Source: Amphiscolops sp. MND2022 (lineage: Eukaryota). From it: DNA of 64,000 nt. Of the stretch, positions 34,128 to 47,600 are shown piece by piece; within the stretch, counting starts at the first letter, position 1; each line of letters starts with the position of its first letter. Under the pieces are notes generated by a model, which saw only the letters and a program-made list of their open reading frames with translations, did no database searches and was not told where the DNA came from. The DNA is taken from assembly GCA_964187785.1 (NCBI GenBank), contig OZ076409.1, forward strand, positions 19,408,001-19,472,000. Direction: 5' to 3'. Both the position numbers and the translations under genes were made by a program.

Positions 34128-37100
34128 CTTGCAGTTGCTTCAGTTTGGCCCCTTAGGCTGCTTCCAGAAGTGTTTTTTAGCCGGCGCATTTTAACAAAAT
34201 GAGCCCGACTATTAAAGTGGCATATTTTTTCCTTTTTTTCGTCAGATAACAGAATGTATGCGTAGTGGACACTTTTACAGAACTACTAAACTATTGGACC
34301 GGCAGACGGAAACGCATCTAAAACAGTGCAAAGGGTCCCCCTTTCATTTACTCCCTTTTTAACGTGAGATACAAAACCGGACAAGACTATAAGGTCACCC
34401 CCTTTAAATTTTCTTCGGCACTCTGCGACTTTTTTCCATGTTTTTTGTCTCCAAAGGCTCCCTTCAATTATTTTTGTTAGAGCGTTCACTCTCATAGTAA
34501 GTTGGAATAAAAAAGCTTGAATACGAAAGTTCAAGTTCAAGAGAGTAAGTAAGACTCTTAGTAGTGTGGACTTGGTAGCTCAGGGGTTTACAGCTGAGTA
34601 CCAAATCAATCAGAGTGCAACGGATTGTGGGGTCGCAACTCACAAGGTCCCAATATTTTCTCACTAGTAGAAAGTTTACATTGAATCAACTAAGATTGGT
34701 TGCTCAAATTGTAGTCCAATAATTTTGATATTTTGCATAAAACTGGACTTTCAAAAAGCCAAAAAAGCCCCCCCCTTTTACAATTTTGAAAACTTTGCAC
34801 TTTTTGAGCCTTAGATGTAGCTCCGACTTTAGACATTCCGGTCTTGTTCAGAGTAAACTGTTGAACATAAAGCCAAGAATAAGGAAAAAACTGTAATTCG
34901 CATTCTTGTATGTAATTGTTCCAAAAAGGGTACATAATTAATTACACCCAACTTACTTTGGTATCCTCCAAAATGGACGAGTAAGTTGAAGTTTTCTCCC
35001 TTTCGATTTTTAGAAATAAATAAACAAGGCTGTTTACAAGAAATAAACAATAAAACGTAAACAACCGAAGAGAAAAAACCGTAAAATGAGACCGTTCTAA
35101 GACACGCTTCAGGTTCTAATACTCAACAATATCTGTCAAAAGGCGGGTCAAAGACCACAATATTTTAGAGGAGATAATATAAAGCAGCTGTAAGGTAACA
35201 CAAATTCTAGAAAGGGTGAAATAGAAGAGAGAATTTCAAACTGACGGGATTTCAAGATTAATGAAATTGCTCGAAATTGAATCGAATTTTTCCATTTTCC
35301 CTAGTAAAATTTATAATTATATTGCAAGAAGATAGCGCATGGCTGTGGATCGTGGGATCAATTTACAAATTGCCGCTAATGCTGAGATTCAACGCAGTGT
35401 CAATTTTGTCGATTCATTTCCTTATTGTTCTTCTGGTGTTGTTATTTTTCCCAATCGCACCATCAAACTGAGTCCGAGAGATAGGAGCCCTCCTTTTGTA
35501 AATTGAATCGATCCAATTGAAAAACAAGAACAGTGGTGGTTTTTATGTAACAGCGGCTCTCTTACTTTTCTCCTGATTTTTCCCCTCTAGTAGCGGGTCT
35601 CAGACTTGCTTTACTTTCCCTTCTTTTTTCCTTTCTTTTTGCCGGTAGTGCTCAAATTTTATTTACAATTTGTTTGCCCCTCTTGGTCACAGTTGTGCCT
35701 ACCAATTGCCAATGTTGACAATCACTGAAGGTTGACGGGATAGTTGGGTAGCAAACGGCGGGAATATGGCAGCGGGAATATTGTTCATAAAAAGATGCGA
35801 GCCTCTCTATCAACAAACTTGTTAAAAATGCCCCGAAAGGCCTTCCGATGTTGACGCGGCTGACATACTTCTGTCGACTATGTTTCTATTACGTTACCCC
35901 AGCCCTCGCTGCGGCTACTTTCATTTCTGCTTCCGCGGCAGTGGCCCGACTAAAAAGTGCTGGGAAAGGATGGGAAAAGTAAATGCAAAAGTGGAAAAAG
36001 AAATGAAGAAATGGTTGTTTTGATTCATGTGGAAAAACAAAAAAAGAGAGAGAAAAGATGCAACTATTTTTCACTTATTCTAACTCTTTATCTTTCTTGT
36101 TTTTTGTCATCAACCATCCAAACACGCGAGGGGCATAAGGAAAATAGGAGAAAAGGGCGCAAAATATACAAGGAAAAAAAGAGGGAAATCTTGGCTGTTT
36201 ATTTCATTAAAAAATGACCACGTCTACCTGTCATGTACTCAGCGTAGTTGCGCAAATAGTTGCAACACTCGAAGCACCTTGTTCCCACTTGTTTCCATGT
36301 GTGCCGCTGCGAAGAGGGCGAACCAACAGAGAGAGGAAAAGGGGTAAAAGTAAGGTGAGCTCAGAAACAGAGAAACGCCATGACGTAATTACTTGGTCGT
36401 CGCAATTGAGGAAAAGCAATGTCGCAATTTTCTCTCCTTCTCTTTTATAGATTCCACTTTTTTGGTGTCACTTTCCCCGCGACTGCCGTTGGTGGTCAAT
36501 GGCCGAGGGTTGATGGGAAAACTGTGAAAAAGCGGGAAAAGTAAACAGAGTGTCCAAACAGGGTCACAAGGAACTTGCCGGGTAGTAAATTGATGCTCCT
36601 TGGTCGACCTGCTCTGGGTTGTATACAAGGAGGCCGGAATAAAAAGAAGTAGAAGAATACGGAGAAAATGGTGCTGCCGTTTTTGACAGCAGACGATGAT
36701 TTTTTTCTGGAAAGGGTGGGGAGAGATTAAATTATACAAGAAGCACGGGTAGGAGGGGTACCTTGGAAGTTCTAGTATAGAAAAGAGGGGATTCTGTCCC
36801 TTGTTCTGGGAAGGAATGGATTAGGGGAGCAGGAATCTAACTAATTATGGATACAACTGAAGAAGGGAGGGAAAAACAAGGAAAGAGGAGGTAAATTATT
36901 CTAAACAGAGTCCGGAGAAAAAAAAAACAAATAACATATATGCGAACTCAAAGCATTTTTATAATTTCATTTCATGTTGTAGAAGAGGCGGATAGATTTG
37001 TAGAAAAAAGAACAGCGGTTGGTTATAATATAATTCTAACACAGCAATCCAAGTAATACCCTTTAGTTACCCTATGCTCTCTGTAACTCAGTGCCTTCTT

Positions 37101-40100
37101 TTGTTATTGTTGTTCTTTTTTGCTTTTTTGTTTACTTTTTTGTTTAGTTTGCTTACTTTTGGCTGCTTTGTCTGTTCGTTTGTTTATCCGTTTAATCACC
37201 AGTCGCTGCCAGCAATTGTACCATTGGCCAGTCTCGCTGATAAAGCATGCACAGAATTTCATTTTTTTTCTAGCCTTCTGGCAAAAAGTGTGCAATTGTT
37301 CTTTTTGTTGACAAACAAATCACTTGAGTTAATTTTTGAGACAGCAAGACGTAAGCTTATTACGGGCGACAGAACACGCATTGCTATTAATTTTTCGACA
37401 ACCCAATTCTACTTTGTTAAAAAAATCAAGACAAAAAATCTACAAGTCATAATCTTGCTCTTTGTTAACGCGTCATTTAGCAAAGAGAACAAAATAAGAA
37501 ACCATGCTGACTGCATTTTTCATCTGCAGCAGTATTGGAAGTGTGTGCTAAAGCAAACCTCAACTCTTGCAATTTTTTTAAAAAAATGGAAAAATCTTTA
37601 AGTTTTAAAAGTTTCAAGAATTTCAACATGCGGGTTAGGTAATATTCCAGCACCAGAAGGTAAAAACAATAAAAATATAATTTTTTTCGCCTGCAATTGG
37701 AGACAAATCTTTGAAGTTTTTACAGAATGACAGTAAAGCGAGCGGGTCTAGATCTGGCGGCGAATAGACGGGTCAAAAGACGAGTGGGGTCTTTGCTTTT
37801 GCAAGGGTCATTAATTAGTTTTCAGCCACAGATGATTGTGACATGCCTTCAAGGGCCCAGTCAACTAGTGAGAATTGCCGCGCTTTTGGTAAGGAGTGGT
37901 GCCGACTACTATCGGTGGGTGCTTTACCTGCTGGGGTTGGGAGAAGAAAGTAAGTTGGGAGAGGTTTGCAGCAGTCTCTATACTAGGAGGTACCGTTCTG
38001 TAGATAGCAGTATCAGATGGTGGGTATAGGGAGAAGATATAATGGAAGTTGGGAGCTGGGCACTGACTTGAAACAGATGTAATTGAAGAAAGAAATTGAA
38101 TATTAAGCGAGAAAAATACCTGAAGAATGAAAATCGTCTCTTTTTATTGCGACTGCAAGCCTCTTAGATCTGGAAATTATTGTGTCGATATCTTGCTTTT
38201 CACCCCGGCACCTAACCTATCGATCAATTATTTCCACGCAGTAATATTTCAAGCCCACATACAAATGCATATAGCTGCATATACATATATAAATCATGAT
38301 ACATATACATATATATCTTATACAGGTTGTTGAGATGTTGAGAAGGGAGTCTTGTAGCGTGGCGTGAAATATTCAGGGGGCAGGTATCCGATTTGTAACA
38401 CTAGCAAACAGAGGAAAAATGCGGGAAAATAGAATCGACAGGCGGTGGTTCAGTGTGAACGAGTATTTCCGTGTCCCGTGACATGTTGATAGAACAAGGT
38501 GCACCAACGCGACCCATTGCCAAATTCAAAAATCAATTTCGCCCCCAGTTATTAATTGAAATGAATCTTTGGCGGAAGCCATGTCATAAACAGATTAACA
38601 CCAATCAATCTTAACAGCCCCGTAGCTCGTAGCTAGTGGTCTACCTGAGATACAATTAGGCTGAAGACCTACTATTAGCATGCACATACACCTACTACCA
38701 CAGCCAGCAAAAGGTACAACTCCAACTAATTTGGAAACAGACACAAAGCCCCCAAATTCCACTTTCCCAATCTCCTTTCCAACAACAGATTTTGCACATA
38801 TGCCACCGTTGCGCACAAATGTCATCAAAATGAAAACACTGTCATGTCACATGCACCTGAAAGTTCCAAAACTCGAATCACTTTGACCCAAATTAATCAC
38901 CTCTACAATTACCCCTCCCTTGGACCCTCGAAGCTCACATATGCGGCCTTTTCCTGTACCCCTAATTCTCTTTTTTTTCTAGTTAGTTTTACCCCCCCTT
39001 TTGAACTACCTCTCTTTCAACAGACCCCTCTCGCACTCTACCTACGGTCGATGTTCAACATTCACGTACTCTATACTTGTTTCTCCATGCACCATGAATT
39101 GCATAATATCTGCTTATTATGACGTACCATATTATGTAAGCAGACTCGGTTGTTTCCAAATTTGGCAACGAACACCTGCAGAAATTCACGAAACATTTTC
39201 TAGGTTTATTTAATATTTGATTATAATATATGAGGTTAATTAATCCCCCACTAAAATCTCCACAGTATCCGTCAATTCTTTCATAGTTTCCGGCCATTTT
39301 GATCCAAAACAACGAAATGGTCGATCGTGTGTATTTCGCAACAAACTCGGAAATGGAAGCTAAGTTTCCAATAACATTCTTCATGGTGAACTATTCTTTC
39401 ACTGTCAGCGATAACTTAAATTTTTTCAAGCGTCGTTCAGGACTTTGAAGCCACAGGTAAAAACAAAGCAAATCATTAAAATCAAAACCGATTCTTTATA
39501 GGTTAATGCCATCTCGCATCAAAGAGCAAATTTGTCGAAATGTTCCTGCGGAGTCCACTGAAATGTCAGTTCAACTGGTGTCCTGTTATCATGATACCAA
39601 CGGATTTCAATCTTTGGTTACCTACTTGACTTTGAGCAGCCCTTTTAAAAGATTCCGCGGAATACATGACAATATTAACTTGATGAGTCGCTTTAATAAA
39701 GTTCTCAGAAATCAGACACTTGCAAGGAAGGTTCGTATTCTTACAAAGAACCTTGCAAATAATCACTGTCCATGACTTCGTGCGTAAAAATTCCATGCGT
39801 AAAATGCAAAATTTTAGAAGATGAATTGATATGAAAATTCTAAAAACGAAAGATATCATGAAATTTGAGAGCTAACAATTTAAATTGAAATACAAAACAC
39901 TGTTTCCTGAGTTTCCTTCTATCCAGAAACATACTCACCGTATGCTGAATTACATACAGTCAACTTCTAAGCTAACCATAGACCACGCTAGTTGAACATG
40001 CTTGATTTTTTATACTTTCGGACCATATTCTCTGTATCAAAGAGGAAGACTCTAAATTTTACTGAAGAAAATTTAATCCTCGGAAAGAAATGACAAAAAA

Positions 40101-40194
40101 CTTAGATTTGTAGCCTATGTCTTCCTAGAAAAATCTGTTTGAAAACTGCAGGTGTAAAAATTTGATGGAACCCATGTAAGTCAAGCTAGCAACG

Positions 40195-40462
40195 AACATT
40201 CTAGACCTGGGACAATGCCTAGATTGCTCAAACAGGAGACCAAGGTCTTACTACAAACCTAGATACTAGTTTTCTCCCAAAAAGGTCACCTAGGGGGACT
40301 TTTCATACGTCAATGAGGCTCCTCATGTTAGAGCTCCGAGGCAACGTGCCTGCACTCTCAAAGTCCGGACACGCCTCACAAGCCTGTAACAACTATCCAT
40401 AGGGTTCCTGCGACTTCCTACATACTTTCGAAGTCCAAAAACGGTGTTTAGCTAAAGTACAT
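40195..40462 (+). repeat. Diverged interspersed repeat (second copy at ~50020-50281)
   Basis: Colinear shared blocks: aatgcctag, aaacaggaga, gtcttactaca, actagtttt, gaggctcctc, tgttagagct, ctcacaagcctg, gtccaaaaacggt, aagtaca. Confidence 0.7.
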
Positions 40463-41248
40463 TTTATTGACCAAATACACTGAAAATACAGAATCTAAAA
40501 GATCGTACATTTTCAAATATCTGAACATTGCACAGTTGAGGAAATTACTGCCATACAACATGGAATCAAAGCATCACCGTTCTTTGACTTACGTGATACT
40601 GCATACAGGATAGAATAAAGCACACACTGCCATTTCTGGGTTTTCTGACGTAACTAGGTGATTTTGGCATTTCTGAAGGTTTCTTCCCGCTGCTGTCGTC
40701 ACTTTCAAGCTCCTTAGAGTTTCCACCGAGTGTTTTTGTTTCTATAGGGAAGCAGCCGTGGGAGTCCCCTTTTTGTTGTTTAATTGTCTTCCTGTAAGAT
40801 TTCAAGTACCTACCTGCCAGGTCGACCATTTTCATTTTGTGCGGTGCTTCAAAATTTTGGTAAATTTCGGGCAGGTGTTTTGTGGCAAGGCTGCTGGAAG
40901 TTACAACAAAGGTTCGTAAAGCTAAGGTTATGAAAGTTTGTGCTAATAAAAAAACACTTGAGTGAAAATTGAAATCAGTGTTACCGAAAATGACTTCTTC
41001 TTCTCCATCATTTTTGTCATTTTCCTCGAGCAAGTTCGTGACCTTTTTTATTTCGTTGACTCATTATTTTTGCTCAGGTTGTTCCTAAATTGAGGGTTTA
41101 TTCGGCTAACAAGTATTCAATCTCTTTTTCATTCAAACTATTCTGTTTGTGTTCCGTGCCAAATTAGAAGTGGCCCCTATAAAAAGCGACGCCGACCACG
41201 ATGATGAGATTTTCTCAAATCGCGAAATCTTGCTTTCGTCTTGATTGG

Positions 41249-43143
41249 TGTCGCAGGCTGTCGCCTGTGACGGTACAACTGTGACGACATCTGCTGAAGG
41301 TCAGAACTTCGTACCCGGAACCTTACCAACCTATTGAAGTTGAGAGCCAACAAACATTTAGGCAAACTCATAACTAATTTATTTCCTTTTAATATAACTT
41401 TGTAGTATCCATGTGTTATGAAATGTTTTAGTTATTAGTCTGTTAAATTACGATTTGGGATATCCAAATAAATCAAGTTGTTGAATTTGCTGAAGTTGCT
41501 ATGTTTTTAATCAAAGCGGAGAATAAGGTGAATTGCATACAACTGTACGGCTGTAAAGGAAACGTGTTCAAGTGACGCATTGTGCTATTCCGGCAACGTC
41601 ACTTGAGTACAGGATTTAGGCCAATCACTTCTCACCATTCACGGAGCTTTAATACTAATGGCCGGATAAGGCTCATTGGCGCTACTGTGCTGTTCTTAAA
41701 CGAAACACTATTCAAATGGCTGGTTTCGGCCATTTTCAGGTGAATTGTAGTGATAATAATAATTACCCCTGCAATTAAGTAATACTAAAGTGTTTGTGCT
41801 TTTATTGGTGAATAATGTCCTCAGTGCAAATTAGCTAACAATTTCTCATTTAAAAAACTATTTGTAAGTCAAGGCCGTTTAATCACATTTTTCTGATGCT
41901 AAGTTAAAATAAGACAGACGTCCCGTTTCGGACTAATTATGTAACGATGTTGCTTTCTTTCGTTCATTGTTATTTACTGTGCAGTTTAGTTGTGCAAAAT
42001 TGTTTGATGCCACTAAAAGGTCCTAAATGATCTAGTACAAGATATGTCAAAGCTACCAGTCTTTGAAACAACCCGGACTATTATTCGTGATACAATACCG
42101 GGCAAATTGTCCATAATAGGCCGTTATAATATATAGGCCCCTGCATGCAATCGTAATGTTCACCTAGCTAACAATCTTCACGTGGCGGCGCATTCCGATA
42201 ATTCATACTTGAGATGCCTAGTAATTTGTTTACATTCCTGAAGCAATTGCTTGTTTGAAGTTTTTGTCCAATATATATCAATTTCAGGAATTTTTCGCTA
42301 TTAGGATGCCTAATTGGAGATGACGCTCATGTGACTCCTTATGAATTGGTGTTACTTGATGTCACGTGATTTGTGCTTTGACCTTGTGTTAAGTAGATAT
42401 TTCAAATATGTAAAAAATGTGAATGTCACCCAGGAGTATATATACCTGTGTTTTCCTTGGAAGGGACACAATTTTTTTTCGCTCAATTAGTATTGACACG
42501 CTCTTATAGATTGCAAACCAGATAACCAATATAGTATTTTAACCTGAAATCCCCATGCCTACCACAAGAAAGCAAAAGAAAGCAAGAACATCAAGAGGAC
42601 TAGAAATGTTCTCGGACACTGAGAATCTAGACATAATGCTTGGTGAAAACCATTTTGATATTTTAGAAAGGGAAGAAAACTTAAATGGCATTCTCGCTAG
42701 AAGGCCTGAAAGTGCCAAAAGTAATAATTTCGAAAATGATGATGAGAACATTCATTTGAACCCAAGAATTGTTAATTCAGGTATTAGTGCCGATTCCGAA
42801 GGTAATTCAGCAACTGCCAACTCCAGTGCTGAGATTAATAGACTGTAAAGTGAAATGAACTCTAGAATATCTAGGGAAATGGATGAGATGATGAACAGTG
42901 TCAGTGTTCAAGTCCGAAGTACCATTAATGATGACATTAGCAATCAAGTTTTACCACAGATTCAACATGCTATCATGGTCGGTTCAGGACATATGACCAA
43001 GAAAGGATGGAACGTTCCGGCTGAGAGACCGGAAACAAATCCCGAAGGTCTGCGAAGTGAGAAGGCTAGGAATGATCTGAGAAGTGAGCAAACTCAGAGT
43101 CGTCAACACAAAGACACATTAGACGAATACTGTGCTTACGACA
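41249..43143 (+). mobile_element. Solo LTR (~1.9 kb) of another long-LTR Gypsy family
   Basis: Ends TGTCG...CGACA; flanks ATTGG/ATGGG (5-bp TSD, one mismatch); CACGTG and gtatatatac upstream of a Gag-like frame that runs to the LTR end, as in Gypsy B. Confidence 0.7.
42555..43143 (+). pseudogene. Gag N-terminus encoded within the solo LTR
   Basis: MPTTRKQKKAR...EINRL*SEMNSRISREMDEMM...CAYD in one frame with one stop. The basic start and predicted helical stretch parallel Gypsy B gag (MPERSSKRKAR...). Confidence 0.6.
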
Positions 43144-43909
43144 ATGGGTTCATTGTCTGTTTCCCTTCTGACTCTGAGTTCTTCAGCATCATCCTGCATT
43201 CGTTTGATAATTTACATCGTCAAAAGAGCCTGAAAAGCGTTCTTAATGTCAACCAGAATTCTACAATATTCAGTCTAGGTTCTAAATATCTTTGGCACGA
43301 CACGAGCAAAGGTCCTTCTCGCCATTGATAGAAAAATACACGCCTCAATAGTTGCTGCAATCATTTCGATCGCCGTTCCTAAATAATCATTTCACCAGTT
43401 CAACCACCTTTTTCCGAATACAACTTGTGGCATCCTTACCTCACTCACGCTTAATCTTTCCCTAGGATTGCCTGTTCACCTCATTCATTGGCTCAAAGAC
43501 TTCCTGGAAAGATAGAAATCTTAATCCATAAGTTTGCTTTTCGTAACTCTTCATCGGTGTTTTTGTCTGGTATCAAGAATATGATTTCAACTATCTCTTC
43601 TAATGTATATTCGTTTCGTTCTTCACCAACAGCGGCGAAAAAATCTCGAAACTGCTGTGCCTTGCTTGTTGTCCAAATGAATGACTTCCACGACACAGAG
43701 GCTAATCTCCTCGGACATAGCGGCGGAATGGCGGCTTCAAAAATTGTCGAGCTCACTTCCCAGCCTTTTCCAATGCATGGATCCACTTTTAAGGTGCACG
43801 CTTAGATCTGACCGAACACCATTATATCGGCCTGTGATCTGAAAAACTAGTCTTTTCGGCCGTGCTCAGATCAGTGCCGAGCTTTTGTCGTTGTTTCCTT
43901 CGCATCATG

Positions 43910-44031
43910 TGGGGTACGGAAAACTCAACACAAGAAAACTCAACACAAGAAAACTCAACACATAGTGAAAAGCAGAAAACTCAACACAAGAAAACTCAAC
44001 ACAGAAAACTCAACACAAAATCTCAACACAT
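43910..44031 (+). repeat. Tandem AAAACTCAACAC(AAG) units, probable Mutator terminus
   Basis: About 7 copies of a 13-15-bp unit follow ggggtacgg, just upstream of a FLYWCH frame. Confidence 0.7.
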
Positions 44032-44209
44032 TTAATTATTATTAGTTAACACCTCAATTGAGTTTAGTTTCTGAAATCTAACTAGTTGTTAAATCCGGAT
44101 AATTCTCGTTCACACTTAATCACAATTGCGACTCATTTCAAACACACATAAAATTCATCATTTCTCAGCACAATACACGCTCAGCAACATACCTGTATTT
44201 TAATTTCCA

Positions 44210-44690
44210 ATGTATATAGTTGAAAATTTTCTAATAGCCAACGCAACAAACCAATTGCTATCAGACTTGGTTATATTTATAATTTGCATCGATCCTCAAT
44301 TGAGAAGCAAGATTGGCGATGTATGGAATACTTCAAAAAGAAATGCCCAGCAACAATTCAGACGAAAGGCGACATTTTGCTTAAATCAAAATACATCCAC
44401 AACCATTCCTGTGACCCTGATGAAGCGAGCGCTCACATGGCCTATTCAAGAATGAAAGAATAGCAGCTAACCATCATAATCCGAATACGTGGACATTTTT
44501 GGAAATTCTGAAAGTGGAAATTACACTCGTTAGACGTGAATTGCTTGATTATCGATTGGGCGGAGAGAAAAGAAAACGAACATATATTAAAGACATTAAC
44601 AAACGCCTGAAAAATTTATGTGAAAGACCTATTCCGGAAGCAGATGAAGAAAAAGTCGAACTTCTCAACGCCTTTGCACTTTTATTCTAG
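44210..44690 (+). pseudogene. Internally deleted Mutator (MULE) transposase
   Basis: The frame from ~44250 reads GYIYNLH...DWRCMEYFKKKCPATIQT...HNH (FLYWCH finger). It is joined directly to NPNTWTFLEILKVE...KRTYIKDINKRLKNL, typical of a MULE C-terminus; the DDE core is missing. Confidence 0.75.
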
Positions 44691-44699
44691 TATTGTATT

Positions 44700-47600
44700 T
44701 TGCAATGTTGCGATAAGAGACTTCCACATCTCGACCCATCGGCAATTGTGGAATCATCGGCTTGCAATTTATCCAATGCTTCAGCCACTGGTAGCAGGCA
44801 TCGCTCCATCCATCCATGGATAAAAACTTTTTTTGCCAGATGGAGCCTCTTTGGCATTGTCATTCATTTCTCTGTGAATTGCGTCTATATATTCTCCAGC
44901 GAGCTTATGTTTGCTGGGAAGGGTATACGCTGCACGAAGGTTCTGAATCATTGTTTTGAACTAGGGATTTTTCACTGATGCAAAGGGACGTTAGCAGCAA
45001 AGCAGTGGACACCCAACGCCTTGGCATCATCTGATGTTTTTTTCGGGTTACAAGATTGTCCATACTTGGTGTTGATTTCGAACTTCCGGTAGATTTTTCG
45101 GATGAGCTTTCTGAAGACAAAGAGTCGTAGCCTCGAGGGACCTCTGAATATTACAGGAACAGCTAAATCAATATTACCAACCTGTGTGTGAGTGTGACGC
45201 CAGACGGATTTCATGGGTGCGCGCACCACGATTTTCATGGTTGTTAGATCAACCAACTCTTGGAAGGCCCTCGAGAAATTTCGTCCAAGTAGGAAATCCT
45301 CTACTCTCAAGGCGTCATCTACGATCACGATGTTAGTTATAGCCGACCAATTGGAAGCGCACACGCTCCGCCATACCGAACGCCTTGATAGTTTTGCCAT
45401 TCGATGCAAACAAGTCAGTTCGATAAGGTGGCAGCATCACTCCAGTTTGGACTGCCAAACGGTTGGAAGCGGAAAACATCTGAATGTATACTCCTGAACC
45501 CGTGTCTACCAGTCCTCAGAAAGGAATATATGCTGCTTCGGGTACCACCAATGACACCACGAGCAGCGCAGCATCGTTAATACGGGCTTCACAAGTGGGT
45601 TCTTGCCTGCTGATGTTGTAGCAGCGCAACTCCTGCGGACCCAAACAGATTCCAGGAGGAAAGATATCCACAATAACACAAGCTTCGATTTCATGTCTAC
45701 AACATCCAGAGTAGCACACACAGTCACTGGGAAATACGCAGTCAATGTCGGGGACTCAACTGGCCCGCACCGCTCCTTCGGCCGCATTTTCTCAACCTTC
45801 ATATATCGCTGTCAATTCCACACCTAGTTTCTGTAAAGTCAAGCAGGGGCGATGTTGCTGCTCAGCCGCCAGCATGAAGTGAATAGATATCAAAGTGCGA
45901 CCCTGAGTATCAAAAGAGGTCGGCTCCGAACTAGTCTGAACATGCGTTTCACCATAAGTCACTGTGAGAGTGGTATACATGATGGGCTGTTCAGACGTGT
46001 AAAACTCTACAGGAACAGTGTGAGCAGCTATACCAGCTGGGTCCGTTTGGGACCATCGGCTATAGGCGAAGTCATCGCTCACGGGGTTTTCCTCACACTG
46101 CGATGCAACATCATTCCGCAGTTCACACAGAATTGTACTCCGGAGCAGTTCTCCGCGACACATTCCACGACATCCTCAGTGGTGGCTTTCACAGTTTCGT
46201 TGGGCCAGGTGGAAACACTGGCTTGTGGTCCTGATGATGATTGGGGCACTAGCGAACGTCCCATTGGCGCGCACACAACAAGTGATGCAGCTGCGGGAGA
46301 CGGAGGTGCATTACTGGGTGCCGGAGGAGGTGGCAACACCCCCTGCAGGAGTACCAACTTGTTGAGTGGCAGTGGGACAAAAGGATGAAGTCTCGACCTC
46401 ATAGCATAACGGGGATCGTAGGGTTGTGACTGTTTTGGGCGATTTCATTGAAACTGGCGGATAGTGAATCTTAACGATTCCACTGTAGGCGGGTCAATCA
46501 CTGAGGCTTGGGAAGCATAAGTAAAAGACAGCTCTCGTCGTACAGTGGGACAACGAATCCCTTCAATCGCTGCATGATTTCATAACGTTTAGTAGTGACA
46601 GACTGAATGGAAAAACTTGACTTTGCAACTCTTCTAGAGCATACAAAAACGGCATCTAGTCTTCTTTTTCCAATTGCCATTGGGACATGAATGCTTGCCG
46701 CACTTGCATGCGGTTAGCTCCAGTGCCGACCCGACTTGCTGGGAATTCGAAGACTTTTTCCGGCGTATCACGCTCTGACTCAGCCTCATTGATCATGTAG
46801 TTCTGAGCCTCACCTTCAAGGTGACCAATGCTACGCCAAGCCTTGTCATCAAGTGTTGGTTCGACTTGAGAGCGATGCAAATACCGGCGCATAACCAAAA
46901 TCCAGCCATCAATTGAGACCTCTCTAGATCCATGATAGACACTTTCGTTGGATCGCGGCCAACGAGAAAAGGAGCTAATTCTTTAGACATGACTTTGGAT
47001 AGGGCCGTGGTGAACCGGAACTGTTCAGGGGAGCTGGCTTCACCATCTTCACTACCTACCGGCGAAGCTTCCCCGCTTCCTTTGGTGGTCTGAACAGATA
47101 CGTCCCTCACCGATTGATCTTTTTAACGCGTGCTGTAAGCACAAAGGTTGCCCCGGGCATCACCTCGTCTGCAGTCAGATACAGAGAACTTACCTCAACC
47201 ACATTTGCTTGAGCAGTAGCAAAGGTGTTATCCTCCACACTGCAAGCATGGAACCCAGCAGTAGCTTTATTATCGATCGAGTTCAAGGTAGATTAATCCA
47301 AAGTGATAGGATCCACTCCCCTATCTTGTGTACGCGTCAGCAGAGCGGTAAGTGAAAGCAATAGTGTTGCACTGGAACTACTAGGTGCACACACGTGCAC
47401 ACGTGCAGTCTTCTCGGTCATTTTCAGCAACCTTGGAGCCTTGTCCACAGTTTTGGTGCTCGTTTTCAATGACAAAGGAGGGCCGGTAGTGCGCGAAGGC
47501 ACCACCTTGACTTCAGACGTAGATACGTCTGGTTTAGGCTTCTCCTCTCTTGCTGCTGCACTCAGTGCATTCATCTGAGTGTTGAGCTCAGTCATATGCA

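Noticed and set aside
37074..37601. 175-aa hydrophobic ORF as a membrane protein
   Set aside because: The hydrophobicity comes from a T-rich low-complexity tract; there is no domain signal.
40566..43800. Minus-strand ORF pieces on both sides of the solo LTR as a gene
   Set aside because: Probably one decayed element split by the LTR, but it has multiple stops and no identifiable domain.
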